A stretch of DNA of 32,086 bases from NCBI GenBank assembly GCA_020148045.1, contig JAHCRG010000003.1, positions 1 through 32,086 on the forward strand. Direction: 5' to 3'. Below are positions 1 to 9,500 of the stretch, piece after piece. The position numbers and the translations under genes were made by a program. The DNA comes from Patescibacteria group bacterium (GTDB lineage Bacteria; Patescibacteriota; Minisyncoccia; Minisyncoccales; GWA2-38-27). The stretch's first letter is position 1. The number at the start of each line of letters is the position of its first letter. The notes below the pieces were generated by a model that had not been told where the DNA came from, searched no databases, and saw only the letters and a program-made list of their open reading frames with translations.

Positions 1-2
1 AC

Positions 3-3000
3 TATGATGGTGATGAGAACATAACTATCATTGCTTTACCTACAGCTAATCTCAATACCACAGATGACTATATTATTAAGTATGATGCTGCTTCAGATGA
101 CTTCCAAATGGAAGCAGATGCAGGAGGAGCTGGCGATGTTGAAAGCGTTGGCGATTGTCTTACTGGTGCTTGCTTAGATGGTTCAGCGGATGGTGGAACT
201 TATATCCGTATTTATGATGGAGACAGCCATTATTTAGAGATTAACCCTGGCGACATAACAGCAGACAGGATTGTTAATTTTAGAGATGCTGCAGGAACAG
301 TTTTATTGTCAGGGGATACCCTTACTGGAGACATTACTGCTACATTTGATACAGATGGAAGCACTGCTACTGCTCTTGCCAATGATACGGTTGCTGTTGC
401 AGAATTTTTAGCTTCTCAGGATTGGGGAGATATGTCAACTGACGCTGATGGGCTTGTGACATTAGATACAGGAGTCGTAGATACTACCGCTATCGCAGAT
501 GATACTATTTTAGAAGCTGACCTAAATGTTGACGAGGTTGTTGCTGATAATGATATTCTAACCTTTGACACTACTGGTTCTAATTTTAGCTGGCAGACTC
601 CTTCAGAACTTATAACGGCAGGAGATGATATATCTTGGACTGGAACAACTCTTAATGTGACGGATAGTTGGTGGGATGCTTTGACAGATATGGTTCTAAC
701 TGATACTTATATTTATGTTGGAAATGACTCAAATGACCCAGTTGGAGTAGCAATGAGTAATGATTGCACAATGGCTAATACTGGTGCAATAACTTGCGAC
801 CACGATGCTTTAGATAATTATGTGGCAGCCGAGCATGTTGACTGGGCAGCTGCTTCGGCAGGGACTATCCATACTGATAATTATATTGAGAATGCCACTC
901 ATACAGGAGACGTAACGGGAGCTACTGCTCTAACTATTGGCAACGATAAAGTTTTAGAAGTTCATTTAAAAGCAGTAAATGCTGGTGTTGATGAATATTG
1001 TTTAACCTATGAGACCACAACTGGTGATTTTGAATGGCAAACTTGTGGAGCGGGAGCTACTACCTTTGTAGGATTAACAGATACACCAGCAGATTATACT
1101 GGTGCTGCCAAGAAAGTCACAGTTGTTAATGAATCAGCCGACGCAATTGCTTTTGCCTCCAATCTATATTGGGATGAAACAAATGATAGAGTCGGGATTG
1201 GGACGACGAGTCCGAGTAGCACATTGGACATCTGGCAGCCAGCGTCAGGCGATATTCTTAATGTTTCCAGCAGTACGGCAGGGGATTTGTTGACCATAGA
1301 TAATAACGGCAACGTCGGGATTGGGGATACAACGCCGAGTCAAGAATTATCAGTAACTGGGGATGGATTATTTAGCGAAAACTTGGGCGTGCATGGCGGT
1401 TCAGTTAACAGCACTTATGGAGTAACTATTGGTACTGTTGGAAATTGGGAAAGAGGGGTAGATATCACAATCAACGGTGATAGCGGTATGTCATCGAGCT
1501 ATGGCATTTACAATTACATTCATGATAGTAACGCAGCTAGCCACGGTGTTTACAACGACGTTGTCGTTAGTGGCGGTGGAGGCGTAGGTTATGGTATCAG
1601 CAATCACATCACTGTCAGCGGTTTAAGCGCGATCGGTTACGGCATCAGAAATTATATCCTTACTTCCGATGATGCTAATACTCAAACTGTGTATGCTTTC
1701 CAAGCCGAGCTAAAAACTTTTTCTGGCGCTGATGATAAGGCCTACGGAACACACATCGTAGATTGGGCTGACACTTCCACCGGCGGCACTCAATATGGCC
1801 TCTATGTAGATTTGGATGACGCCGAGGTGACCAACTACAGTATCTATGTAGAAGATGGAAGCGGGATTTCATATTTCGGTTCTAACGTCGGCATCGGGGA
1901 CACTGATCCTGACTTTGGCTTGGAAATCGCTGCTTCTTCAACCACTGGTTATCTGGCTGTTTCTTCAGCCAGCAGCACTGATGGTGATTTGTTTATCATT
2001 GATGAAGCCGGCAGCGTCGGCATCGGGACGACGAGTCCGAGTAGCACATTGGACATCTGGCAGCCAGCGTCAGGCGATATTCTTAATGTTTCCAGCAGTA
2101 CGGCAGGGGATTTGTTGACCATAGATAATAGCGGCAACGTCGGGATTGGGACGACGAGTCCGAGTAGCACATTACATGTGGTTGATGGAGCTATTCTTGC
2201 CTCCGGCACCACAGGCAGCACTCCTGTTTCAGGTACTGGCAATAGATTGATGTGGATACCTGCTAAAGCTGCGTTTAGGGCAGGGGTTGCAATTAGTCCT
2301 AAATGGGATGATGCTAATATAGGATATAATTCAATGGCAACGGGACAAGGCACAACAGCAAGTGCAGACGGAAGCGTGGCAATGGGAAGCGGGGAAGGAG
2401 GAATAGGCCCAACAGCAAGCGGACTCGGAAGCGTAGCAATGGGATACGGAAACGTAACAGCAAGCAGCAATTACGCCGTAGCAATGGGAGTAGGCACAGC
2501 AGCAAGCGGAACAGCAAGCGTAGCAATGGGATACGAGACAACAGCAAGTGGTCCTTTCTCCTTCGCCATAGGAAGAGAAATAGAGGCACAAGGAGATTAT
2601 TCAGTTGCAATTGCCCTGAGTGACCAAGATGGTGCAGTAGTTTCACAATCAAATACAATGGCAATAATGGGCGGCAAGGTCGGCATCGGGACGACGACGC
2701 CGGATGAAATTCTCCTTGTAGCCTCTGAAGATGTTACTGTCATCGCTGCTCAACGTAGCTCTGCAGATACTTATACATCCGGTTTTAATACTCGAAAATC
2801 GCGAGGTACTCTAGGTTCGCCAGCTTTAGTGGCAAGTGGAGATTACTTAGGTTCAATCGCGGCCCGCGGATATGATGGAAGTAGTTGGCTGGCTGGCGGA
2901 GCTATTTATGTCCTAGCTACAGGCACACCGTCGGCTAGTAACATGCCAGCAGATATGATTTTCAGTACGAATGAAGGTGGCGACTTCCCAACTGAGCACA

Positions 3001-3902
3001 TGCGAATAACAAGTGCTGGCAAAGTCGGCATCGGGGATACAAGCCCTGATTATATATTTACTGTTGATCATAATGGCGATGGTGTTAATGTTGCCTATGT
3101 TAGTGATACTAACGCATGGACAAATGGTTTAGCTGATTATGCTGAATATTATTACACCAAAGACACTGATTTAGAGTCAGGCGAAGTGGTTTGTGTTGAT
3201 ATTGAACAAAAGAATACAGTAAAGCGCTGTGAACATTCTGCAGACAGCAATTTAATAGGTATTGTTTCAACTCAGCCAGCATTTTTAGGAAATGCACCAA
3301 GTGAAGAACATAGAGAGGAGGACCCAAATTATGTAATAATTGGAATGATAGGACAAGTTTTAACGAAAATCAGCACAGAAAATGGTGCTATTGAGCCAGG
3401 TGATTATCTAACTTCTTCTTCTATCCCAGGAGTAGCAATGAAAGCCACTGAATCGGGCCCAGCTATTGGAAAAGCTTTGGAGCCATATAACTCAGATGAA
3501 ATAGGCAATATTATGGTCTTTCTTAATCTCGGTTGGTATGGTGGGGAGCTTGCTGGAGATGGTTTGATAGACAACGGAGACAATGGAGAACCTGAAGTCA
3601 CAATTAGTGAATCTTTTATTCAGAAAGTAAAGCAAGCCCTCGCTTCGCTCGGGCTATTTATTCAAGATGGTATCGCTCAAGTAAAAGAGATTATTACAGA
3701 AAAATTATTTGTTAGAACAGCAAGAATTGAAAAAATGGAAATGGTTGACCAAAGAACCGGTGATATTTACTGCACCTGGATTGAGAATGGCGAAATGAAA
3801 AGAGTAAGAGGAGAGTGCTCAACAATAGGATTTAGTGATAGTTCAGATGACAATGACCAAACCGGGTATGGAGAAGGCCAGACCGGGTATGGAGGGGCTT
3901 AA
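3..3902 (+). CDS. Giant modular surface/tail-fibre-like protein, 5'-truncated; VGIG-bounded beta modules, YadA-head-like repeats, C-terminal intramolecular chaperone/autoproteolytic (peptidase G2-like) domain
   Basis: Frame is open from base 3 (YDGDENITIIALP...), so ATG108 is probably internal. Seven VGIG motifs, (T/A)AS..S/AVAMG repeats at ~2320-2670, and ADYAEYY...GIVST.P...GDYLTSS..PG.AMKA...IGKAL at 3132-3537; stop TAA at 3900-3902. Confidence 0.75.
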   Translation, partial: YDGDENITIIALPTANLNTTDDYIIKYDAASDDFQMEADAGGAGDVESVGDCLTGACLDGSADGGTYIRIYDGDSHYLEINPGDITADRIVNFRDAAGTVLLSGDTLTGDITATFDTDGSTATALANDTVAVAEFLASQDWGDMSTDADGLVTLDTGVVDTTAIADDTILEADLNVDEVVADNDILTFDTTGSNFSWQTPSELITAGDDISWTGTTLNVTDSWWDALTDMVLTDTYIYVGNDSNDPVGVAMSNDCTMANTGAITCDHDALDNYVAAEHVDWAAASAGTIHTDNYIENATHTGDVTGATALTIGNDKVLEVHLKAVNAGVDEYCLTYETTTGDFEWQTCGAGATTFVGLTDTPADYTGAAKKVTVVNESADAIAFASNLYWDETNDRVGIGTTSPSSTLDIWQPASGDILNVSSSTAGDLLTIDNNGNVGIGDTTPSQELSVTGDGLFSENLGVHGGSVNSTYGVTIGTVGNWERGVDITINGDSGMSSSYGIYNYIHDSNAASHGVYNDVVVSGGGGVGYGISNHITVSGLSAIGYGIRNYILTSDDANTQTVYAFQAELKTFSGADDKAYGTHIVDWADTSTGGTQYGLYVDLDDAEVTNYSIYVEDGSGISYFGSNVGIGDTDPDFGLEIAASSTTGYLAVSSASSTDGDLFIIDEAGSVGIGTTSPSSTLDIWQPASGDILNVSSSTAGDLLTIDNSGNVGIGTTSPSSTLHVVDGAILASGTTGSTPVSGTGNRLMWIPAKAAFRAGVAISPKWDDANIGYNSMATGQGTTASADGSVAMGSGEGGIGPTASGLGSVAMGYGNVTASSNYAVAMGVGTAASGTASVAMGYETTASGPFSFAIGREIEAQGDYSVAIALSDQDGAVVSQSNTMAIMGGKVGIGTTTPDEILLVASEDVTVIAAQRSSADTYTSGFNTRKSRGTLGSPALVASGDYLGSIAARGYDGSSWLAGGAIYVLATGTPSASNMPADMIFSTNEGGDFPTEHMRITSAGKVGIGDTSPDYIFTVDHNGDGVNVAYVSDTNAWTNGLADYAEYYYTKDTDLESGEVVCVDIEQKNTVKRCEHSADSNLIGIVSTQPAFLGNAPSEEHREEDPNYVIIGMIGQVLTKISTENGAIEPGDYLTSSSIPGVAMKATESGPAIGKALEPYNSDEIGNIMVFLNLGWYGGELAGDGLIDNGDNGEPEVTISESFIQKVKQALASLGLFIQDGIAQVKEIITEKLFVRTARIEKMEMVDQRTGDIYCTWIENGEMKRVRGECSTIGFSDSSDDNDQTGYGEGQTGYGGA
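1191..1325 (+). repeat. Intragenic direct repeat copy 1 (135 nt; copy 2 at 2016-2150)
   Basis: Offset 825 nt; 3 mismatches over 135 nt, and only 1 over 1200-1325 vs 2025-2150. Encodes VGIGTTSPSSTLDIWQPASGDILNVSSSTAGDLLTIDN.GNVGIG. Confidence 0.95.
2016..2173 (+). repeat. Intragenic direct repeat copy 2, plus a third partial copy (2139-2173, identical to 1191-1225)
   Basis: Direct sequence comparison. Confidence 0.95.
3635..3655. repeat. Short palindromic element within CDS (AGCCC-TCGCTTCGCTC-GGGCT)
   Basis: 5-bp stem around an 11-mer that is the reverse complement of GAGCGAAGCGA at 30388-30398. Confidence 0.6.
3858..3899 (+). repeat. 21-nt tandem duplication encoding QTGYGEG/QTGYGGA at the C-terminus
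   Basis: ACCGGGTATGGAG at 3861-3873 and 3882-3894. Confidence 0.85.
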
Positions 3903-3968
3903 AAGCTTGATTTTTATGGAAGATTAACGTAATGTAAATAATAAATCTATTAAAATGCGTAAAAAAAA

Positions 3969-6359
3969 ATGAAAAACACGTTAGAGAAATCTTCTAAAGC
4001 AGTTGGAACTTGTGAAAAAGTTTCTAGGGGCAGTATTTACCTTTTAGTTTTTTTGCTGCCTATCTTATTTTTGCCCTGGACAGCAAATGTTCTTGACTTT
4101 AATAAACAGGCATTGTTGATTATTTTGGTTTTTGCTTCCCTCTTTGCCTGGATACTGAAAGCTTTGATTTCAGGGAAAGTTAGTTTTAATTTTGGTTCAG
4201 TTCATATTCCAGTATTAGTTTTATTCTTAATTTACACTGCCTCAACAATTTTCTCTTTGTGGCGCTATGGAAGTTTCTGGGGCTGGCCTCAGGTTAGTAG
4301 CGAAAGTTTACTTAGTTTACTTGGCCTTTTACTGCTTTATTTTTTGGTGGTTAATATTTTTGAGAAAAAGGAGATTTTTCGTCTGATAACTTTCTTAGTG
4401 GTTTCTGGCTTTCTGGCAATGCTTTATGGGGCGCTTCAACTTTTTGGCAAGTTTTTGTTTCCTATTGATTTCACTAAAGCAGTTTCCTTCAATACTATCG
4501 GAGGGCTAAATAGTTTAGCTGTATTTACAGCTGTTTTATTACCTTTAATTATTATTTTAATCACAGTAAGCACTAAGAGATATTTAAAAATATTTTTTAT
4601 AGCAGTTGCAGCTTTTAGTGCTGTTTTGCTGATTTTGATAAACTTCTTAACTGCCTGGTGGTTGGTAATAGTAGGTTCTGCTTTGATTATTGCTTTTGGG
4701 ATGCAGAAAAGAGATATTTTTGACAGCCGTTGGCTGGTCTTGCCGATGTTCTTTTTGGCTCTGGCTTTGTTCTTTAGTTTCATTAGGTTTCAGATTCCCG
4801 GACTTCCCGAGCGACCCGTTGAGGTTTTCTTAACCCACCGGGCAAGTTCTGATATTTCTTGGAAGGCCTTAAAAGAAAACTCAATTCTCGGCTCAGGTCC
4901 TGGCACTTTTGTTTATAATTTCTCAAAATACAGAGACATTAGTTTTAATCAGAATCCCCTTTGGAGCGTAAGATTTGAATGGGCCAGTTCAAAGTTCCTT
5001 ACTATTTTAGCCACTTGCGGAATTTTAGGAGTTCTTTCATTTTTATCTTTGATTGGCTTTTTTATTTTTTATGGAATAAAATCTCTTTTTAAGAAATCCG
5101 CTAAGGCATCGTCAGAAGCTCTAAGCAAAGATGAGGAAGGAGTAAATAAGAGGTTTTTCTGGCTCTTGGCTTTGGGAATTTTTATTAGTTTCCTGACCTT
5201 AAGCGTAGGATATTTTTTCTGCCAGTCAAATCTTTCCTTGGATTTCGTTTACTTTTTGTTTATGGGAAGCTTTATTTCTTTGCTTTGTTCTGCTAAAAAA
5301 GAAATTTTGCTTAAAACGTCTTCTTTAATAACTCTTGGCCTTACTTTTATTTTTACTGTGGTTTTCATTTTCGGTTTAGGACTTTTTATTCTTGAAGGAC
5401 AAAGATACGTAGCTGCAGTGAGTTATTTGAAGGGGCTGAGGAGCTGGCAACAAGGGGAAAGTGGTAATACTTTAAAGCATTTGGAAAGGGCAGTCAGGAT
5501 AAGTCCCGGAGTAGATTTGTATTGGCGGGAAATATCTCAGGTCTATCTTCAGAATATAAATGAAGTAGCCGGAAGAACAGATTTATCTCAGGAAGAAATT
5601 ACCCAGAGGCTTCAGCTTTACATCAATAATGCGGTGAATTCTGCTAAGGCAGCCACTGATACGAATCCTAAAAATGTGGCCAATTGGTCAGTTAAGGGTT
5701 TTATTTACCAGAGTCTAATTGGGGTTATTGGCGGGACAAAGGATTGGGCAGTGGATTCCTATAAGGAAGCCCTAGAACTGGAACCAAACAATCCTTATTT
5801 CCCAGCTCAAACAGGAATTGCCCTTTTGAGGGAAGTAACCTTTTTATCGCAAGAAAAAGCAGAAGAGAGAGAAAAAATTCTTAGAGAAGCCCAGGAGCAA
5901 TTTAAAAAAGCAATTGAAATGAAACCTGATTATGCTCCAGCTCACTTTCAGTTGGCAGTGGTTTATCAAGCCCAAGGCAAGCAGGCAGAAATGATTGAGG
6001 AACTTGAAAAAACTAAGAGTTTTGCTCCTTTTGATGTTGGCTTGGCTTTTCAGTTGGGATTGATCTATTTTCAGAAAAAAGATTATGAAAAAGCTCTCAT
6101 TGAATTGGAAAGAGCGGTTATACTCAATCCTGATTATGCTAATGCTTTGTACTTTTTGGGGTTAACATATGATGAATTGGGAGAAAAAGAAAAAGCCATT
6201 AGAGTTTTTGAGAAGATTCAAATTGCAAATCCCGATCATTCATTAGTGATTACGATTTTAAACAATTTAAGAAGTGGGGAAAAGGCATTGAAAGGCGTAG
6301 TTGAAGAACAGCCGCCAGTTGTTCCAATTGAAGAAGAACACCCAGAGATTGAAGAATAG
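3969..6359 (+). CDS. Polytopic membrane protein, O-antigen ligase/oligosaccharyltransferase-like, with C-terminal TPR repeats
   Basis: About 12-13 hydrophobic segments, a GSGPGTF loop motif typical of Wzy_C/WaaL-like proteins, and C-terminal TPRs (AIEMKPDYAPAHFQLA, AVILNPDYANALYFLG). Confidence 0.7.
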   Translation: MKNTLEKSSKAVGTCEKVSRGSIYLLVFLLPILFLPWTANVLDFNKQALLIILVFASLFAWILKALISGKVSFNFGSVHIPVLVLFLIYTASTIFSLWRYGSFWGWPQVSSESLLSLLGLLLLYFLVVNIFEKKEIFRLITFLVVSGFLAMLYGALQLFGKFLFPIDFTKAVSFNTIGGLNSLAVFTAVLLPLIIILITVSTKRYLKIFFIAVAAFSAVLLILINFLTAWWLVIVGSALIIAFGMQKRDIFDSRWLVLPMFFLALALFFSFIRFQIPGLPERPVEVFLTHRASSDISWKALKENSILGSGPGTFVYNFSKYRDISFNQNPLWSVRFEWASSKFLTILATCGILGVLSFLSLIGFFIFYGIKSLFKKSAKASSEALSKDEEGVNKRFFWLLALGIFISFLTLSVGYFFCQSNLSLDFVYFLFMGSFISLLCSAKKEILLKTSSLITLGLTFIFTVVFIFGLGLFILEGQRYVAAVSYLKGLRSWQQGESGNTLKHLERAVRISPGVDLYWREISQVYLQNINEVAGRTDLSQEEITQRLQLYINNAVNSAKAATDTNPKNVANWSVKGFIYQSLIGVIGGTKDWAVDSYKEALELEPNNPYFPAQTGIALLREVTFLSQEKAEEREKILREAQEQFKKAIEMKPDYAPAHFQLAVVYQAQGKQAEMIEELEKTKSFAPFDVGLAFQLGLIYFQKKDYEKALIELERAVILNPDYANALYFLGLTYDELGEKEKAIRVFEKIQIANPDHSLVITILNNLRSGEKALKGVVEEQPPVVPIEEEHPEIEE

Positions 6360-6369
6360 GGCTTCGCTA

Positions 6370-6398
6370 TTGACATATTCTTTTAAAAGAACTAAAAT
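6370..6398 (+). promoter_or_regulatory. sigma70-type promoter for rpoBC
   Basis: TTGACA (6370-6375), 17 nt, TAAAAT (6393-6398). Confidence 0.75.
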
Positions 6399-6435
6399 CT
6401 AAATTAGTATTAGTTAAACATTTGCATACTAAACC

Positions 6436-6480
6436 AGAGATATTTTTTATAAAATATCTCTTTTGGTACTTGTTTTTTCT
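6436..6480 (+). terminator. Terminator/attenuator-like hairpin in the rpoB 5' leader
   Basis: AGAGATATTTT/AAAATATCTCT 11-bp stem (6436-6461) followed by a T-rich run; AT-rich stem, so weak. Confidence 0.35.
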
Positions 6481-6545
6481 TCCCCCTTTTTAAACATTCA
6501 AAAAAATCTACCCCTCCCTAAAATTTTAGGGTTCTTTTGCTTTTT

Positions 6546-9500
6546 ATGAAGACAAAAAATTTTTCTAAATCAAAAGTTTCCCTGCATCTGCCTTATTTGC
6601 TAACTCTCCAAAAAGAGAGCTGGCAGTGGTTTTGGTCAGAGGGGCTAAAAGATCTTTTTTCTGAAATTTTTCCTATTCGTGACCATACCGGTAAAGAGCT
6701 TGAACTCTGGTTTTTAGATTATAAACTTGATGAGCCAAAATATAAGACTGATTTAGAAGCAAAGAGGAATAACGATTCTTACGAAGCATCTTTACGAGTT
6801 AAAGCAAAATTAGTTAGTCTCAAAACCAAAGGGATTAAAGAACAGGAAGTTTTTTTAACTGATTTCCCCTTGATGACAGAAAGGGGAACTTTTGTTGTTA
6901 ATGGAATTGAAAGAGTGGCAATCTCCCAACTTATTCGCTCCCCCGGAGCTTTTTTTAATCTTCAGACAATCAGAGGAAGAAATCGTTTTGGCGCTAAGAT
7001 TATTCCTAATCGAGGAGCTTGGCTTGAATTTGAAACCGACGCTTCTGGATTTATAGGAGTAAAGATTGACCGAAAAAGGAAAGTAGCAGCAACTACCTTA
7101 TTAAAGGCACTTTCTGGTTTAGATAATAAGCAGATAAAAGGGATTTTCCAGGATGTGGACCGCGACCCAGACATAAAATATATTGAAGAGACCTTAAAAC
7201 GAGACCCAACCAAGGATCAACCAGAGGCCTTGGTTGAAATTTATAGACGTTTAAGGCCCGGGGATTTAGTAACCCCTGATACAGCAAGAGAGTTGATTGA
7301 GAGTGTATTTTTTAATTTTGAAAGATATGATTTATCCAAAGTCGGCAGATGGAGAATGTGGCAGCGCCTGCCGGCGCTGCGCGAAACTAGGCGAAAGAAA
7401 AAGGTTGAAGGAAAAATTACTCCAGAAGATAGAGTGCTGAAGCCGGAAGATATAATAGAAGTTATCCGAGAAATTATTAGGCTAAACAATGATCCTGAAG
7501 CTAAGGCAGACGAAATTGACCACTTGGGAAACAGAAGAGTAAGAACTGTTGCTGAACTTCTCCAAAACAGAGTTAGAGTGGGCTTAATGAGGATGGAAAG
7601 AATTGTAAAAGATAAAATGTCCACTTTAGATACCCATACTTTAACCCCGGCTCAAGTAATTAATCCCAGACCGGTTATGGCAATTGTTAAAGAATTCTTC
7701 ACTTCTTCCCAGATGTGCCAATTTATGGATAATGAAAATCCCTTAGCTGAGTTAGAACATAAAAGGAGATTGTCAGCTACCGGGCCGGGAGGGTTAACTC
7801 GGGAGAGAGCAGGATTTGAAGTTAGAGATGTTCAACCTTCTCATTACGGAAGAATTTGCCCAATTCAAACTCCTGAAGGTCCTAATATTGGATTGGTCAA
7901 CCACTTAGCCTCCTTTGCCGAAGTTAATCCTTATGGATTTGTTGAGACACCATATTTTAAAGTGGAAAAGGGAAAAGTTACGTCTAAGATTCAATATCTC
8001 AGTGCTTTTGAAGAAGAGAAATATAATATTGCTCACGGCGGCGTAGCAGTTGGTGACAGAGGAAATATTATCCCTAAAAAAGTTGAGGCAAGGATAAAGG
8101 GAGAGCCGGGATTAATTGATAGGAATAAAATAGATTTTATGGATGTTTCTACTGAGCAATGTTTTTCAGTTGGGACATCTCTTATTCCTTTTTTGCAAAA
8201 CGATGATGCAAACCGAGCCCTGATGGGTTCAAATATGCAGAGGCAGTCAGTGCCTTTAGTAAAACCCGAGGTGCCTCTGGTTTGTTCAGGGGTAGAGGAA
8301 AGAGTGGCTAGAGATTCAGGCCAGGAAGTAATTGCTGAAGAAGATGGAAAAGTAATTGAAGTTGATGCCGGCCATATTGAAGTGAAGCAGGGGAGTCAGA
8401 GGAAAAGTTATGATTTGAAGACTTTCGTCAGAACCAATCAATATACCTGTTTCCACCAAAGACCAGTAGTCCAAAAAGGGCAAAAAGTTAAAAAAGAGGA
8501 TATTTTGGCAGACGGTGGAGCAATTTCTCAGGGGAGATTAGCTTTGGGCCAGAATGTTTTAGTTGCCTTTCTTTCCTGGCAGGGAGCAAACTTTGAAGAT
8601 GCAATCATTATATCAGAGAGATTAGTAAAAGATGATTATTACACTTCAATCCATCTTGAAAATCTCACTTGCGATGTCAGAGAGACAAAATTAGGACCAG
8701 AAATTACTACTTGTGATATCCCTAATGTTTCAGAAGAAAAATTAAAAGATTTAGATGAGGAAGGAATTGTCAGGGTTGGAGCTGAAGTTGGACCGAATGA
8801 TATTTTAGTTGGGAAAATCTCACCAAAAGGAGAGGCGGGTTTAACTGCTGAAGAAAGATTATTAAGGGCAATTTTTGGAGAGAAGGCAAGAGATGTTAAA
8901 GACACTTCTTTACTAATGGAGCATGGGAAGCGAGGAAGAGTAGTTGAGGTGAAGGTTTTCTCCAGAGAACAGGGGCATAAGTTAGAGCCCGGGATCATGA
9001 GGAGAATTGAGGTTGAGGTGGCGGTGGTTCGGAAAATTCAGGCCGGAGATAAATTGGCCGGTCGTCATGGAAACAAAGGAGTGATTTCTAAAGTTGTACC
9101 AGTAGAGGAAATGCCCTTTTTGGAGGATGGAACTCCAATAGATATTGTCCTAAATCCTTTGGGCGTGGCTTCAAGAATGAATGTTGGACAGATATTAGAA
9201 ACTCACCTTGGCTTAGCTGCTAAAAAATTGGGATATGTGGCGATATCCCCGGCTATGGCTGGCGCTGCTGAGGCAGATATTAAAGAAGAATTAAAAAAGG
9301 CAGGTTTTTCAGAAGAAGGAAAGCTTACTTTATATGATGGAAGAACTGGTCTTCCTTTTCTTGAAAAGATTACAGTTGGTTATATTTATATGATGAAACT
9401 AATCCATATGGTTGAAGATAAAATCCATATGCGTTCAATTGGACCTTATTCTTTAATTACTCAGCAGCCATTAGGGGGTAAGGCTCAGTTTGGAGGTCAG

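Noticed and set aside
1191-2150. Near-identical repeat pair as a diversity-generating retroelement TR/VR
   Set aside because: Only one A/G difference, both copies are in frame within one ORF, and no reverse transcriptase is in the window
1094-3601. Alternative-frame and antisense ORFs over the fibre gene
   Set aside because: Shadows of repetitive Gly/Ser/Thr/Ala codons; no independent motifs
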